The notes below the pieces were generated by a model, which searched no databases, was not told the DNA's origin, and saw only the letters and a list, made by a program, of their open reading frames with translations. The translations under genes and the position numbers were made by a program. A stretch of 64,000 bases of DNA from Nymphaea colorata (Eukaryota), in the NCBI RefSeq assembly GCF_008831285.2, contig NC_045138.2, positions 39,680,001 through 39,744,000 on the forward strand. Reading direction: 5' to 3'. Below are positions 25,701 to 39,500 of this stretch, piece after piece (within the stretch, counting starts at the first letter, position 1; each line of letters begins with the position of its first letter).

Positions 25701-26936
25701 GACGAAGACATTATCTATCACCATAGAGATGTCATCAGAGTGGCAAATTGATAACCAAAAGCACATGACCTAATATTCATTTCTCTTAACAATATAGAAA
25801 ATCAAACATAGAGGCACCAGAGAAATGGAAAAAAGTAGGCATGAAATAATTAAAATATTGCTGCTGCATGATAATACCAGAATCTGCAGAGAGTTGAAAA
25901 TCTTGTGGCAGGACAGACTGTTGCTGCCGCTTAGTATTATCAGAAGCAACATCCACCATATGTTCCACGCTTGGAGATGTCGATGTGCCTGTACAAAGAA
26001 AAAGAATGAATTATGTAAACATCATGAAGGGTTCACATTGATAAACTGTTTCAACTTTCAACAGACCAAGGACCTAAATGTTGCATAACTACCAGCTTTT
26101 GAGGATGAAGAAGCAACAACAGCATTTGATGCATTCCCCTGTGAAGTATCTTTCTCAAACAACCTGTCTAAAGGAGTTGATGAACGCAATAGAGGACAAT
26201 CTTGGACAAGGTTGGAGCACTGAGATGCATCCAACGGTTGGTCAGGATCATTACCTCCTTCAGAATTGTGTCCACATCGTACTTGTGGTTGTGATGGAGC
26301 ATCATTCTGTGCTTCATCACATGCTCCCCCAGAACTAAAATTAACTTGATTTCCATCAAGTGAAGAATCATCCTGGAGATCTTCCCCAAAATCAGAACCA
26401 TCCTGCAGTTCTTTAGGTTCAGGTAGCTCGTCATCCAAGGGACAGAACTTCTCCAGACCTTCCTTCATTTTTCCATGATTCTCAATAACTTCACCATAGG
26501 TCAAAGACAAATCAGTCAGGGGCCCTATTTTAACTTGGCAGTCTGAGGGTGATGTGAGAAGTTCGTGCACGAATTCAGCACAAAATTTCCTAACATTTAC
26601 GCCAACTGACTGCACCTGGTTCTCAACAAATTTGCTTGTCTCCTTTGATGCCAAATTAAAAATAAACCCATTAGTGTACAAACAGAAGAAGTTAGATCGG
26701 CCACGGATAAAGTCTGACATAATATAAGAGTTGAAATAGCTCAGACAATATAATGACAAGAGTAATGACAACAATACCTGCAGAAACTTGTTTTCATCAA
26801 CCCCTTTACACATAACCTCGAGCTTCTGGTACATGTTGTCAACCCATGCAATTCCTCTGCTGGGCTTTGGGTCCGTGTTGAACAAGGATAATCCCTCTTG
26901 AAATAGATCCTCCAATTTCTTCTCAACCGTTGACAT
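22800..26936 (-). CDS. Conserved uncharacterised plant protein (resembles the At2g31130/At1g73130-type family)
   Basis: Best model exons 26936-26778, 26642-26093, 25988-25878, 23271-23093 and 22964-22800. The N-terminal block GIAWVDNMYQKLEVMC...ETSKFVENQVQSVGVNVRKFCAEFVHELL and the C-terminal YEQVAYWY...ESDWEFL match my recollection of this family. The middle is acidic and low-complexity. A probable 5'UTR intron runs from a donor near 28573 to an acceptor near 26968. Internal exons are uncertain. Confidence 0.8.
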
Positions 26937-29737
26937 GATTAAAGGCTGTAGTCAATTCCTCCAGTATCTGCATACAAGGAATGTTAGCTCTTCTGTTGCA
27001 TTGGAGAAAAACTAAAACACGAACAATGTATGGTACTGGAACTTACAGAATCGCACAATCAAGCAGCCATAACAAACGATCAAATAATTAAAAATCAATC
27101 AATTTGAAATAAAAGACTGCTATGCTATTCTAACAAGACGCATATGCTGGTTTGAGTTTAGAAAAGACTTCACATCATTTGCTACTGAATCGTAACATTT
27201 ATAAGCTAAAGAGAATCCACTTAACGATCCTAAGAAGAAGTCTGGATGCACCTCTTACCGTCAGCAAAGCTTTCACAAGATTCAAACCTCTGCCCAAGAC
27301 GAACCTACGGGAGCCAAGTTGCTCGTTGCACTACTTTGTTCACCACCCACAGCCTTCCCCCAGACTTCCTGTTACCTTTTTCCTTCCTACTAAGGTGTTA
27401 GATGGGCAAGATGGAATTTGGCAGACCCTAACAGATTACGCCAACAGAGACGCGCCCAGGATATTGAATTCTTGACCATCATAGGTCTTCAGTCCAACTC
27501 ATGACGAGGTCCCTCAGGCTTCTGCTAAAGAAGGCACATTAGTTACGCACACATGCACGGCGCCTAAAGTTTCGTTCACGAAAAGAGGAATGAACTTGCA
27601 ATTCTAATTTAGCGTTTAACGGTGAATGATGATAGGCAGCATCAGAAAGTTAAGAAACTTTTAGTTAGCGCCCCACGAAAATCAAGTGTTGAAAAGGAGA
27701 AAGCAAACGGCCAATTGAAAAAAAATCTTAGAGCGATAGGCCCTCGGTTGTAGAAAAGCTATCAGGACCATTTTTAGAGAACGGTCTGAGGAAGAAACAA
27801 TAAGAACAGAAGAAAAGCAATAGAAGGTGGAACTCGTGGAGATAAAAGCAAGAAACTCCCGACAAGAGCCGGCTCAGTGATAGCTATGAACAACATAAAA
27901 AAACAGAAAGCTGAACAATATCATCGCATAGAAACTATAATCAAGGACCAAGAACGGGACAAAATCTGAAAGACGGTTACTTTACTTCCATCAACCAGGA
28001 AGAAAACATCACATTAATAATCCGACGACGACGACAACGACGACAATAACAAAAACAATAAATATCGAACACAAGCGGGAAGGACACGACTTGCATGAGA
28101 AACCACCCAGCCATCTAAGGAAATCATCGACGAGAAGAGAGAAATAGGAAGTAAGCGAAAATCGTCTGATAACAAAAAAAAAAGTAGAGAGAGAGAGAGA
28201 AAGGATTGCATGGTCTTATAATTCAACCAATACCTATCAAAAAACAGCTGCAAAAAAGTTCACATCGATCAAACCCATCATGAGAAGAACTCGGAAAGAC
28301 CAAAATTTTGTAGCAGCTAACAGATAAAACCCCAACGAAGAAAGACAACAAAGAAAAGGAGAGCCCCAAAAAATCGAACTTCCACGCCTCCAAACCAAAA
28401 AAACCCCAACCACAGTGGTAAATTCCATAGATAGAAAAGGCCAGAAACAAACGAATATACCTATGCTGACAACGACGGTCATCCTCTGTTTGCTTGACGT
28501 GAAACAAAGAAAGAAAGAAAAAAGACAGAGAGAGAAAGAGAGAGAGATTTGGTATCGGTAAAGAAGAATTCACCTCAATTCTTTTGGGTATTTTGGGATT
28601 CCTTATTCTGAAAAAGGGGACTCTCAAATGATCTCCCAGGGATTGAAGAAAGCGTAAATATCTCTCTGGGATTGAGGAAAGGTGGCTTTTAGGGTTTTGG
28701 GGTTTACAAATAGTGCAAGTAAAACAAACCACAAACTCAATCCATTGCCTTTCTTCTAAGCCATTTAAAAATAATAGAGGAAAAGAAAGGAGGAATTCTT
28801 TCTCGACGCTTACCGGATTGCTTACAGGAGAGAGATAATTCACCAAGCGGATTCGCTTTTCGAGATGTCATATCATATACGTCATTACACAATGGACAAG
28901 TTTCCATTTTGTGATTTCAATAAATCGGTAATCACAGAGTTCCAGATTTTTTAATAGAGCATGTGGAATTCTGTAACTTTTCTATATTTTTTCAATTTAA
29001 AAAACGCGCTGTTTATCTGGGGAAATTTGTTGTTGCCTTTAGTATGACAGGAAGGCAAGTTTCTGTTTGAAGGAAGACCTCAGGAAAGCGTGACGCTTCA
29101 ACAAAGAAGACGCTTCCTGAACCGCTCGGGGAGTTGCTGGTTCGGATCGAAAATCGGTGGCCAACTGATTTGGTATTCGGTGCTGCCATTTCGGCTTTTT
29201 ATTAAAGCCTTTTGTCTTTCAAATTAAATTTTTCTATTTTCTATAACAATACTTTTACATACTACATTTAAGACCTGCTATGAAAGGGGGCTGAGGGCTG
29301 CCTATCTGTCAATACATTAACAAAAACTAATTAAAATTTCATCTAAATTTTAAGTTAAAAAGTTTAGAGCCGATACAGATTCATGTTTATCATAGATATT
29401 TACCAACAGGACTATAAAAACCCACAACCTTTAAGTTTAAACGGTTGAGATCCATCTTTAAACGAGTTAAGACTTAGATTCTATGCCAATGGTTTCTCTG
29501 GCTTTTAGGATCCAAAGCTGCGTTCTAACTTAAAATGCCAAATGGCATGGGAAGGCTAGTATCGTCACCCTTCCTCTTGCTTTCAGGGTCTAGAGTAGTA
29601 GAGTTGAGTTTTGACGACCTAAAGTAAAAATTACTATACCATTAAACAAAAAATGAATCAAACTCAATAATCAAGGAATGGGCGTCGAACCTACTTGACT
29701 TGTAATCAAATAGTCCCAAGCAGGCATTGGTCCCAGC

Positions 29738-29939
29738 CAAAGGTGGAGGGAAGGGGAGGTCGGCAGGGGGCTTGGTCCTCCCTCATATGTTAAAAACTTT
29801 AAAAATTTATATGTAAATCTAAAAAAAAATAGTTTAACATATATATATATATATATACATAATTTGAAAAATTCAATTTTAGTCATATTAAAATTTTGAA
29901 ACTATAGTTTGGCCCTTACAATTTCTGGCTCTACTCCTA
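29738..29939. mobile_element. hAT-like MITE (degenerate CAGGGGCGGAG...CTCCGCCCCTG type)
   Basis: Ends CAAAGGTGGAG ... CTCTACTCCTA surround an AT-rich core containing (AT)n. The 8-bp flanks GTCCCAGC / GTCCTAAC match 6/8. Confidence 0.5.
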
Positions 29940-31084
29940 GTCCTAACAATAAGCATGAATAGCTCCGCCTCTAATGTACACATCGTTTACATGTATGCGC
30001 ACCAGCTTAGTTGAACTAGAGGCTCTCAATCTCGAGGGTTCGTTGAAGTGAGTGCGGTTTCTCATTGTTTTAAAGTGCCTCGAGTTCTAATCTTATGAGC
30101 ACCACACCACCGTGCAAGTATGAACAGGACTCAAAATTGAGCCAATTAGCTCATGGCTTGAATTAGTTCAGGTTATATTAACAATAACAATGAATTCCCT
30201 ATAGGCGTGAGCATGAGCCTATTGGGCAGGTTGAATTCGTACATACTTATGCTTACCTCTCTTTCCTCATTATATTCGAAAGTAGATAAATTTTTCGAGA
30301 GGAGGCTGCAATTTAATTTTCAAAATTTTTGCAGGCATTAAATATGTAGTAAAGTTGAATTAGTATTTGGTCGTTAAGTCGAGTTAATCCAGTTTTCATA
30401 TGTATATGAAAAAAGAATGGGTTCAATCAGTTTCAACATGGAAATGGTTTTCTCAATTCTTTTTCTTTGTTTTCTCCCAAAACTTAAAAGTGCATCATCT
30501 TGAATCTAACTAGGATTTGCGATGGTAGAGGAGCTGGATGGAAGAAAAGAAAGATTTGGCTGTAAGATATCTAATGAACCAAGAGGTAAATTGAAATCTC
30601 ATTCAAAGACAAGATTTTAGTCTAAAAAATAACACTTATCAAAATCGAACTAGTGATATGTTTCTTCATATCCATCAAAATCAACCTTCTAATAATTGAA
30701 ATTTGAGAGAAGAGGTAGACAAGTCGAGAAAGGTTAAGCTCGTTACCAAATGAATCAACTCATGACGAACATGAGACGAATTCGAGCCAGTCTAATGAAT
30801 TAGTATACTCAATCATGAATTTCTTGTTTGGTTCGTTTGGGTCCAGCGGTCAGCCTTTCAGCTGCGAGTCATGAGGGCGCGGACAAGGATATAGGGGGAG
30901 AGGAAGGGCAGCCCGAGACAAGTGGTGTTCACGGTGTCCCGTCCATCCACGTCCACATAGAGCTGCCACGATTCCCTTCCTCTCTCCTCCTAACAGTCAA
31001 GAATTGCAACCGCCTGATAGGTGGAGATTTATTTGCTTCTCCCGAGAGAGATCGAGAGAGAGAGAAAGAGAGAAGGGGTGGAGG

Positions 31085-31648
31085 ATGGAGGTGGTTGCCG
31101 GTGGTCAGGCCTCCCGGCTTTTCACCGGCGGAGGTCAAGCAAGCTCGTCCCGTGGCAGGGCGAAACCTCAATTGAGGGAGTCCGTCCGCTGTTTCTACGG
31201 GACGGCCGTCCTGGGATGGAATCGCCGCGGCGCATCCTCCCGCCCTCGGGGATCAAGTAGCGTCTCCGCCGGGGTTTCTTACGGGTGTGTTTCGTCCGGG
31301 GTCAGAATTTCCACGTTTTCTGATGACGGACACCTTCGGTACTATGCTCGGAAGGGACCGTTCGCGAGGGCGGAGAGGACAGCGGAGTGCGAGTCCGAGA
31401 GGAAGAAGGAAAAGGAGAAGAATAAGGACAAAGAGGGGAAGAGGAGGATGAAGTTAGTGAAGGGATTGGCTGATAATCTGCGGGCTTTTGCCGCTATGGA
31501 TTTCGCCATTGGGAACGGTGAGGATTTGGCGGGAGACGTCAGGGCCAAGACGATGGCGGTGAGTTTTGTTTCTTTTTTGGGTTTGTATATTGATTTGTTT
31601 TCCGCGGTTGTTGAGGGCTTTTGCGATTTCCTTTTCTCCCTCCAGTTT

Positions 31649-31682
<34 letters not shown>

Positions 31683-34137
31683 AAGTTCTTCCGTCTTTGA
31701 ATGGCTTCTACTTTTGGTTTTCTTTCCTATATGTTGTCTTTGTGTTGTTCTTACTTCTTATCACAAACCCAATTCTTTGATTTTCTCTTTTTTCCTGTTC
31801 TGTAGAAGATTTTGCAAAAGGAATATTTTTGGAGGGCAATTGATTATTGTTACTTTTCTAAATTAAGTTTTCTCATGGTTGGAAAAGATCAACACTGCCT
31901 TAAACAAGAGACAAAAACAAGGATCTAATCTTAATTATGCTAGCAACAACGAATCCTTGCTTGTCCAGCGATATTGGAAAGGAATATGCACTGGGGCACT
32001 ACTTAACCCAGGAGAAAGTTCAAGAGGCGGTTGGATTGAAAACAGGTTTTCTTATTTCAAAACGTGTAAATTTTAAGCTTCTGAAGAAGGATTTCTTTTT
32101 CACAGTACCAAATGCTAACACCATTTTGGAGATTTTATTATGATTTCTATTTTTAACATGCTTACAGATTTACAGTGTATGGCGATTTCATACCAGTTTC
32201 TACATTAATATTACAATTTACATCCTATTGTACAATTGGAACCTGTTTTTATTACCTTGCCAACATTTTCTAAGATTATGATTTTTTAAAACATGTTTTT
32301 GTGTCTCTAAGTTACAATTACTAACAGAAGGAAAGTATCTTCTCTTCCATTTTATTCAACAACCAATTCATTGGAACACAAAAGTTGGGGTACAAACCTG
32401 TTGGAATATGGCTGGTTTTGGGTTTATGTTAGTTTTCCTTGTGCAAATTCCACCAAAACATATTTTTGAATAAGTTATATACGAACTTTATCATCGCTAC
32501 AAAACGGTAAATGAGTCCTTACGTCATTTCTTTAAGCTACTGATGCATATTTTAGTTGCCAATTAAATTAAAAGATGGGATGCAATAGGTGGAAACTTGA
32601 AGGTGCAATGGTAGAAGATGAGGATGCTCCATCAGTGAGGCCTCCTTTCCTAAGTTTTTTGGTGACAAGCGTGAAAGGACAGGTGAGGGTGGCGAAAAGT
32701 GGAGAAAAGTGAATATCCCAAAGGGATACACCCATTGGGTGAAGCGTGAACCAGAGGGAGTTCCCGGATGATTAATTGAGATAGGAAAATGAGAAAAGAT
32801 ATTCCTGCACTACATTCGCCCTATATTTATCAATCAAGAAGATAGTATGTAACCGAGTCCTTTTATGTCAACTTCTTTCACTTTGATTCACTTTTTGAAA
32901 AGGTGAAAATATAGACGCCTCTCGGAGAGAAGAGGATCCTCGTCCTAACGTGTAGGGACAATTCGAGCAAGTCAAAAATCAACATCTGTCCGTTCTGTTG
33001 TAGGTTTTGAGGGTCCCCTCAAGATACCAGCTCTCAAGTCTTAAAAGATAAAGATGAATGAACAAGCGAGAGGGCGTAGCGATTCAGATACAAAGCGAGT
33101 CAGGATTAATCAGTTGTTGCTGCTCATGATTTGATGGCTCTTTCTTGCTTAAAACATCACATGATTTAGCTCCCTGAAACTTTTCCTGTAGTCTGCTAGT
33201 TATTTTGGCACTGTTGTTTTCTTTCCCTCGTTAACCAAGAGTCAATTTTACTTCAAGGCTTCAAGCTTTCTCCATTTAAATTGAGAATTGAGGGTGTTTG
33301 CTTGTCTTTGGTTCTGGGCACCCACTGTCTGATCGCCATTTCAGTCCGAATCTGTTGTTGTCGGTTTGGAAGTCAATGTGCTGCCTCTCTGTTTTTGTTC
33401 AGGAAGCTGCGCAGGCTCTACTCACTCAGTTGGAAGCGCTGACAGCTGAGGAGATGGAGATGATGAGGAAACAGAAAGCGGAAAGGGTGGTACCCAGGAA
33501 AGCTCATGCTAAGATGGAAAACGAAGACGGGAGGGCAGAAGAAGAGGATTCGTCCAGCAGCAGTAGTTGCTCCTCTGAGTCCTCAAGTGACAGTGAGTGC
33601 GGCGAGGTGATTAGCATGAAGGATCTTCGGGTCGCTGCTGCACAACAGCACAGAACAGAGCTTCGTGAAGAATTGCAGCAACGACCACCTTTGCTGCAAG
33701 TTGTCGGGTGCCAGACGGCGGCACCAATGGACCCTCAAATTCATCTACTTGAATCGTCGACGATGCAAGTGGAAGCGTCCATCGAAGCAGCTCCGGCAAT
33801 CGCAGCAGCTCCTGAAGAAGCAACTGAAAAAACGAAAATCGAGGTCTGCATGGGAGGGAAGTGCAAGAAATCAGGGGCTCAGCAGGTGGTGGAGGCATTC
33901 GAGAGGGTCTTAGGAGCAGGTGGAGCCGTCTCAGTGTGCAAATGCTTGGGGAAGTGCCGCGATGGGCCTAACGTCAGAGTGGTGTCGAGCACAGCTGCTA
34001 CTAGCACCACCAATGAGGAGGGAGTCATGGAAGACCCTGCAACTGCACCAATTTGTGTGGGAGTAGGATTGCAGGATGTTCAAGTGATTGTGGCAAATTA
34101 TTTTGGGGACAAAGAACCGGGTCTTTTAGCAGTTTGA
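31085..34137 (+). CDS. DGAT3: Soluble diacylglycerol O-acyltransferase 3 with C-terminal thioredoxin-like [2Fe-2S] ferredoxin domain
   Basis: Exon 1 31085-31558 (FSDDGHLRYY, KRRMKLVKGL) and exon 2 33403-34137 (EAAQALLTQL, SSSSSSCSSESSSDSECGEVISM, KIEVCMGGKCKKSG...CKCLGKCRDGPNVRV, CVGVGLQDVQVIVANY). The two-exon structure and these motifs are typical of DGAT3. Confidence 0.93.
31650..31679. repeat. (CA)n microsatellite in the DGAT3 intron
   Basis: Directly visible run. Confidence 0.95.
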
Positions 34138-36255
34138 ACAAAAGCAGTACAAAAAACTTACCTGTGAACAGGTATTCGTTTCCTTCGTAACACTAGGAAA
34201 TGCCATGTCCAATTCATCGTACTTTTCGCCTGTGTGCAGGTTTGCGGTTCCTCAACTTTGTCTGCATGCCAACCATGGCTGTCGATGGCTGTTCTCAACG
34301 GGTGATGTTAACAGATGGATACTATGGGACATGATAAACGATGGACTGGAACAAGTTGGCTTCAGCTTATTGTTTCATCGGATGAAAATTGGTTGTTATT
34401 TTTCGTGTGTCGTGCTATTATTATTTCAAAGAACAGAATAGTTAGTAATCTTAAGTTTAAAGGCACATATGAGAAACGCAAGTCAGAGTGAAACTCTAGT
34501 GATTTTATGCAAGATTGAGCATATGCATGTGACCTAATATGTAAAAATCATCAGAAGGAATCAAGTTTTATTTTGTGTTCGTGGGTGGCTCTGATTATGT
34601 GTGAGAAATGCCCTACGCGTTTTAAAGACGTTTTTTCTTTTTTTGGTCTTAAAATCACATCCACAAAATAGATCAACAAAGTTTATCAACGAAAATTGTC
34701 AAAAATTGAAGTCCTTGTATGCCTAACTGCTGAGGTGGATATATTTTTAATAAAAGAAAAACGAAGTACCAGGTAAAAATTTTAGATCATGACATCCTAG
34801 CGTGGATATGGGTAAGTTAAACATTGGAAGACTAATGAGCCATATGCCCAAACCACGGACTCCGAAATGCTAGCTAAGCATTTATATGTATTGGCGTAAA
34901 TACCATTTTACATGTATACAATAAGGTCATGTGAGGCATTGTGCCTCTCATGAGGCGAGCAGTTAATTGAAGCTTAAGCTTCACGGATAAATTTATGAAT
35001 TGACATAACATTTATAAAAATAATAACAAAACTGAAAAAATGACTAAATACTAAGTGTATCAACAAAGAACAATGCATATGCAAACGATAATAATTTGTA
35101 AACCCAAACAGATACGACGTTTACCTACGTAATTGGTATATGTTTCAACCTATCCTAACGTAAACAATACAGAAAATGCTTGCTTAATTGGCGCATAGCA
35201 CGTCTGTCCTAAACAGTTAAAATGTTTTAATTAACTATCTAAACAAACAAACCATAAGTTGTGCATTATTAACATTGATAAACACATAAACAAAACTAGG
35301 AAAACCAAAATTGAGATGATAATATTAAGAGAATATGCAAACAACAAGTATTGGTGAACTTGCAAACTTATTCTGGATTGCCTATCACAAAGCAGAAAAG
35401 AAAGTGTGAACTAAGGCACGTAAAAAATTTGAGAAAAATATAATAAAGACACCGTTGAATGCCAATACATACAACACCAATGCCAAAACATATAATAAAC
35501 TAAGGTTCGGCAGAAATATCAAAAAGACTCAAAACCAAGTTGAGCTGACATAGCAACACTTGGCAATGATGGAAGGACCGCCAGCGAGTACACCTTCAAA
35601 TGGTGACAAATTGACAATCATCGAACAGAGGAAGAAAAGGGCGGTTCTAAACATTCCAAGTCACAACACCGGCCATGGCGACACCAACAAAGGATGGCCG
35701 GTCATAGCTAGGGCGGGAGGCGGGCATGGCCAGCGTCGAAGTCAAGGAGGGCTGGCCGGCAAAGCAGAGCCAGGAGGGGCAGATCAAACGGAACGAACTT
35801 ATTCATGTAAGGCCAAACTAAACCTGAATCTAAAAAATACATTAAGCAACTAAAAATTTTTTAATTTTTTTAATGTACTTTATTTTTTTCAGTTAGTTGA
35901 GGTGGCAATTAGTTGAGGTGGAGCACCTGCGCCACTCTTTTTCTTTTCTTTTCTTTTTTTGTGGATGAGACGTACACTTCTTGCAACAATAACATACACC
36001 TTTTTTGTGATGAAAGTGATAGTGTCATCTGTATATCTTTATATGTATATCGCACACAATTTTCCTGCCTTTCTCCATTAGAAATTTTAAAAGTTTAAAC
36101 ATATATGTTGCGATCAATGCTCCAAATGATGTTCCAATTACCAACATTTTCGGAATCAGTCCAATGAAAAATCACGATAAAATGTACTAGAAAATTTTCA
36201 AAATCCCGACAGCTAACTTTAGGGAGATTCTTCTTGCCGAGAAAGACTACGTTAA

Positions 36256-36599
36256 AGTGGTGTTTGACTAAGACAAAATTGTAATTTTAAAATTTAAATT
36301 TTCGATTAAATGAAAACTAAAAAATTTTGATTCCAAAATCGTAAGGTCTTTCAATCAAAATTCCTTTGATTCCATAATCATAACATCATTCTTCAATCAA
36401 GATTTATTATTAGAGGAATTGAATTACAATTTTACAATTTTTTACTCTTTTTATGACACTTTGACAATGCTTTTGATTTGTCAATTCTAAAATTCAAATT
36501 TATATTGTATCAAACAAATCAGTTTCAATTCCAGAAACAATATTCTAGACTATGAGCAAACTGAAACTTCTAAACCTTTTCTTCCCACCAAATGCCCCC
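36256..36599. mobile_element. Tourist/PIF-Harbinger-like MITE with TAA target-site duplication
   Basis: TAA|AGTGGTGTTTGA ... CCAAATGCCCCC|TAA; AT-rich non-coding interior of ~345 bp. Confidence 0.65.
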
Positions 36600-39500
36600 T
36601 AAAGGTTGACATGATTAAACACCAAAAATAACTAAAATAAGATACGGCTGCCGTTTAAAGTAGAAATATTTTGGTACCAACTTCGGGCTTTCTTTTAAAA
36701 CGATGCCACGGGGGTCAGCATAAAGCGTGGCTCTCATCTATTATAATAATCTGACAACCAACTCCTCGATCTTTTTAATTAGATAGGCAAACTGGAGTCG
36801 TGACGCGAGCCATCACACTTTCTCTGACACATTGTTTATTGGACCTCATCAACAATAATATATGTAGGTTATTTTATGTTGAATTTCAACAGCAATCTGG
36901 ATTTCGTTGGCCACATCATGTGCTCCACGTGCAAACAAAAACAAAGAACGTAATAAATAGCAACATCAAAGTCAACAGCTATTTTACATTTTCAAATGGT
37001 CAATTTACAATTACAAGCTTTGAATCGACTCTCAACCTGGTACCCTCCATTGCAATCTTGGATGTGAGGATTCAGAAGCTGCAGCGTCTACCATATCTGA
37101 ATTTCAATGCTTATTTACAACGCTAGATGCATCAGCGTTTGATACGCTTGAAGCCGCTATGATCGATGAAGCACGACAGCTAAACCAAAACAAAATACTG
37201 ATCCACCCAATCAAACTTAGAGCAGAAACGTTATGCACAACAGATCAAATTCCAATGAATAAAAAAGCCATCAGCAGTGCATTTTCACCTAGCTATTGAC
37301 CACAGAAGCTGTACAGTTCACGTTTCTCGATACGTAGAACCTTCGATCCCAACCAGACATAACAAAACATTTACAACGCCTCTAAGAACCACGAGATAGA
37401 ATAAATTAAAATATTCAAACAGACAAGTACCCGACCAACGCAACATCCTAGATGCAGATAAAAACGGATGGCTAGTCATTTGGACCTGTGTGAAGATCGA
37501 AGAAAAATCAGCACTGGAGATCCGGGCCTTGGTAAACGGTTAATCCGGACGGCCGAAAGAGAGGAGGGTTCATGCTAGAGAAGCTTTCAATGTGCCTAAG
37601 GAGATTTAGGTTTGACGGGCAGGCAGGAATCGACAAGGAAAAGTTTATTGCCACGAAAGGGGTCGCTTTAGCACATGGCCGTCAGATAATTTTGATTAAG
37701 AAAAGAGGCCAGAAAGAAGAAAGAAGGCGGGGGGGACTAGATCGACCAACAAGGCATAGACGAGACCAATGCTGCTAAACTTCTCAAACGATCGGAATAC
37801 TCTTACGTGAAGTAAACCCATGAACAAACTTCGAGCCATATCGTCAAGAGAAGATAATGTTCCACGCTTCGAGGGTCAGAAGAACGACGTGTTTCTTGAG
37901 ACCAAAATTGCACATGAAATACAATTGGTGAATTGCAGCCAATGTCAATGACTATAGCAGACCAGAAAAGAATTGTCCAGTACAGTAATCTTAGCAACTC
38001 AGCACCTTAGCATCGAGGGGGTGACAACTTTGGACACCGACAGTAGTATAAAGGAAAATAAGCAGATTTCACAACAATAGTTTGGATTTATCATTTAACT
38101 TCGACGATTGACGCATTAAGTAAGCACAACACTCAGATCCTACAAACCACACCAAACCAACAAAACAGAGAGAGCATAAATAAAAAAGGAACCATTCTAG
38201 CCACAGGATACCGTCACAATCCATGAATGTTAGATAACACGTTCTTAGGAAATATAAAAACAACAGCCGCAGCAAAGAAAAAAAAATCCCCAGATAACAA
38301 TACAATGAATTTAATCATCATGGAAATTAAAGTTGGTTGATAAATTAATAATTCATGCGAACAAATTCAGCATGACAAGCTAATTGTAACACAGATGTAC
38401 GTTAGAATATCAATCAAGTCCAAGATCACCAGCCTAACCAATTCCAATCATGAACCAACCGAAAGGTCATTTAAGAATCAGCTTCAAGATAGCTTCAACC
38501 ATGCCTAAGATCTCTCAGTTGGGTTCAAAGAAAATTTAATAAGAAAAAGTTTACATTAATGTGCCACAAAAGCCAACTACAGTGAACCAATCATTCAAAA
38601 GCCAAAAAAAAAAAGTTAAGAAAGAGGGTAAAATTTTATATTCAATTATTCTTCTATTCCAGCATCCATAAACAAAAATTCTTCATCTTGAATAAATGTT
38701 TACAAAAGGTTATCAAAACAGAGAAAGAATTGATGAAAAAATGAATTGGGCTAAAGAAAGCAATTTCAAAAATGCTGACAGAAGCATAAAAGAAAACACA
38801 ATGAACACAATTGATCTCAGATGAGTCCTGAAGATTTTTCCAAACACCGACACAGCCACTAACAAGAACGATTTTGAGAAGCAGAAATGGGAGAAAACTA
38901 GGACTCAAACGTACCAGCATACCACAAAAGCTTATAAGCCTTGCATGGTCACAGGTAAACGATAACAGAAGAATACAACCAAGGAATACGCAAGATGAAA
39001 AATACACTCTGGACATGACCTTTCCTTGAAAAACTAATTGTTTTTCCCCCTATTTTGATCTAGAACATATATTGGCAATTAAGAGGGGACAAGAAAGGCC
39101 TCGTCAAATTACAAGTTCATCAGACTAGGGAATGAGAAAAAAGGGAAGAAACATCAGCCATTTTTTCCATGACAGGTTTAGAAGCACAGGCAAGAAGGTT
39201 GCAATCACAGAACCCACAGACAAACAAAGAAACAACCCATCGATAATCTATAAGCACTTACAGAACAACTATCAGATCACGGGCATAAGAACCAGACAAT
39301 CCAAAAAAAACATTAAGTAAATATAATAAACCTCCTCTTTATAGAGGGTCAAACAGAGATATGTGTTTGTTGGCCGCTCAGTCACTCCCTAATACCATTC
39401 AGCAAAAACAAGCTGCATCTGTAAAGAGTTCAGAGCACAGAAGCCACATAGTTTGCTAAACCATTCATCAAATCAGATACATGTCTGCATTCAGTCATTC

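Noticed and set aside
28223..28846. 207-aa hydrophobic minus-strand ORF
   Set aside because: TTG start and F/L/S-rich translation of the T-rich 5'UTR and first intron of the uncharacterised gene; no recognisable domain.
29670..29725. tRNA-like GGTTCGA B-box on the minus strand
   Set aside because: No cloverleaf could be built; at most a decayed SINE head.
31559..31780. Hydrophobic C-terminus of the 258-aa ORF at 31004-31780
   Set aside because: Read-through into the DGAT3 intron past the GTGAGT donor at 31559.
19474..34137. Possible acyl-metabolism gene cluster (TBL acetyltransferase plus DGAT3)
   Set aside because: Unrelated pathways and compartments, separated by an unrelated gene; no scaffold or tailoring enzymes.
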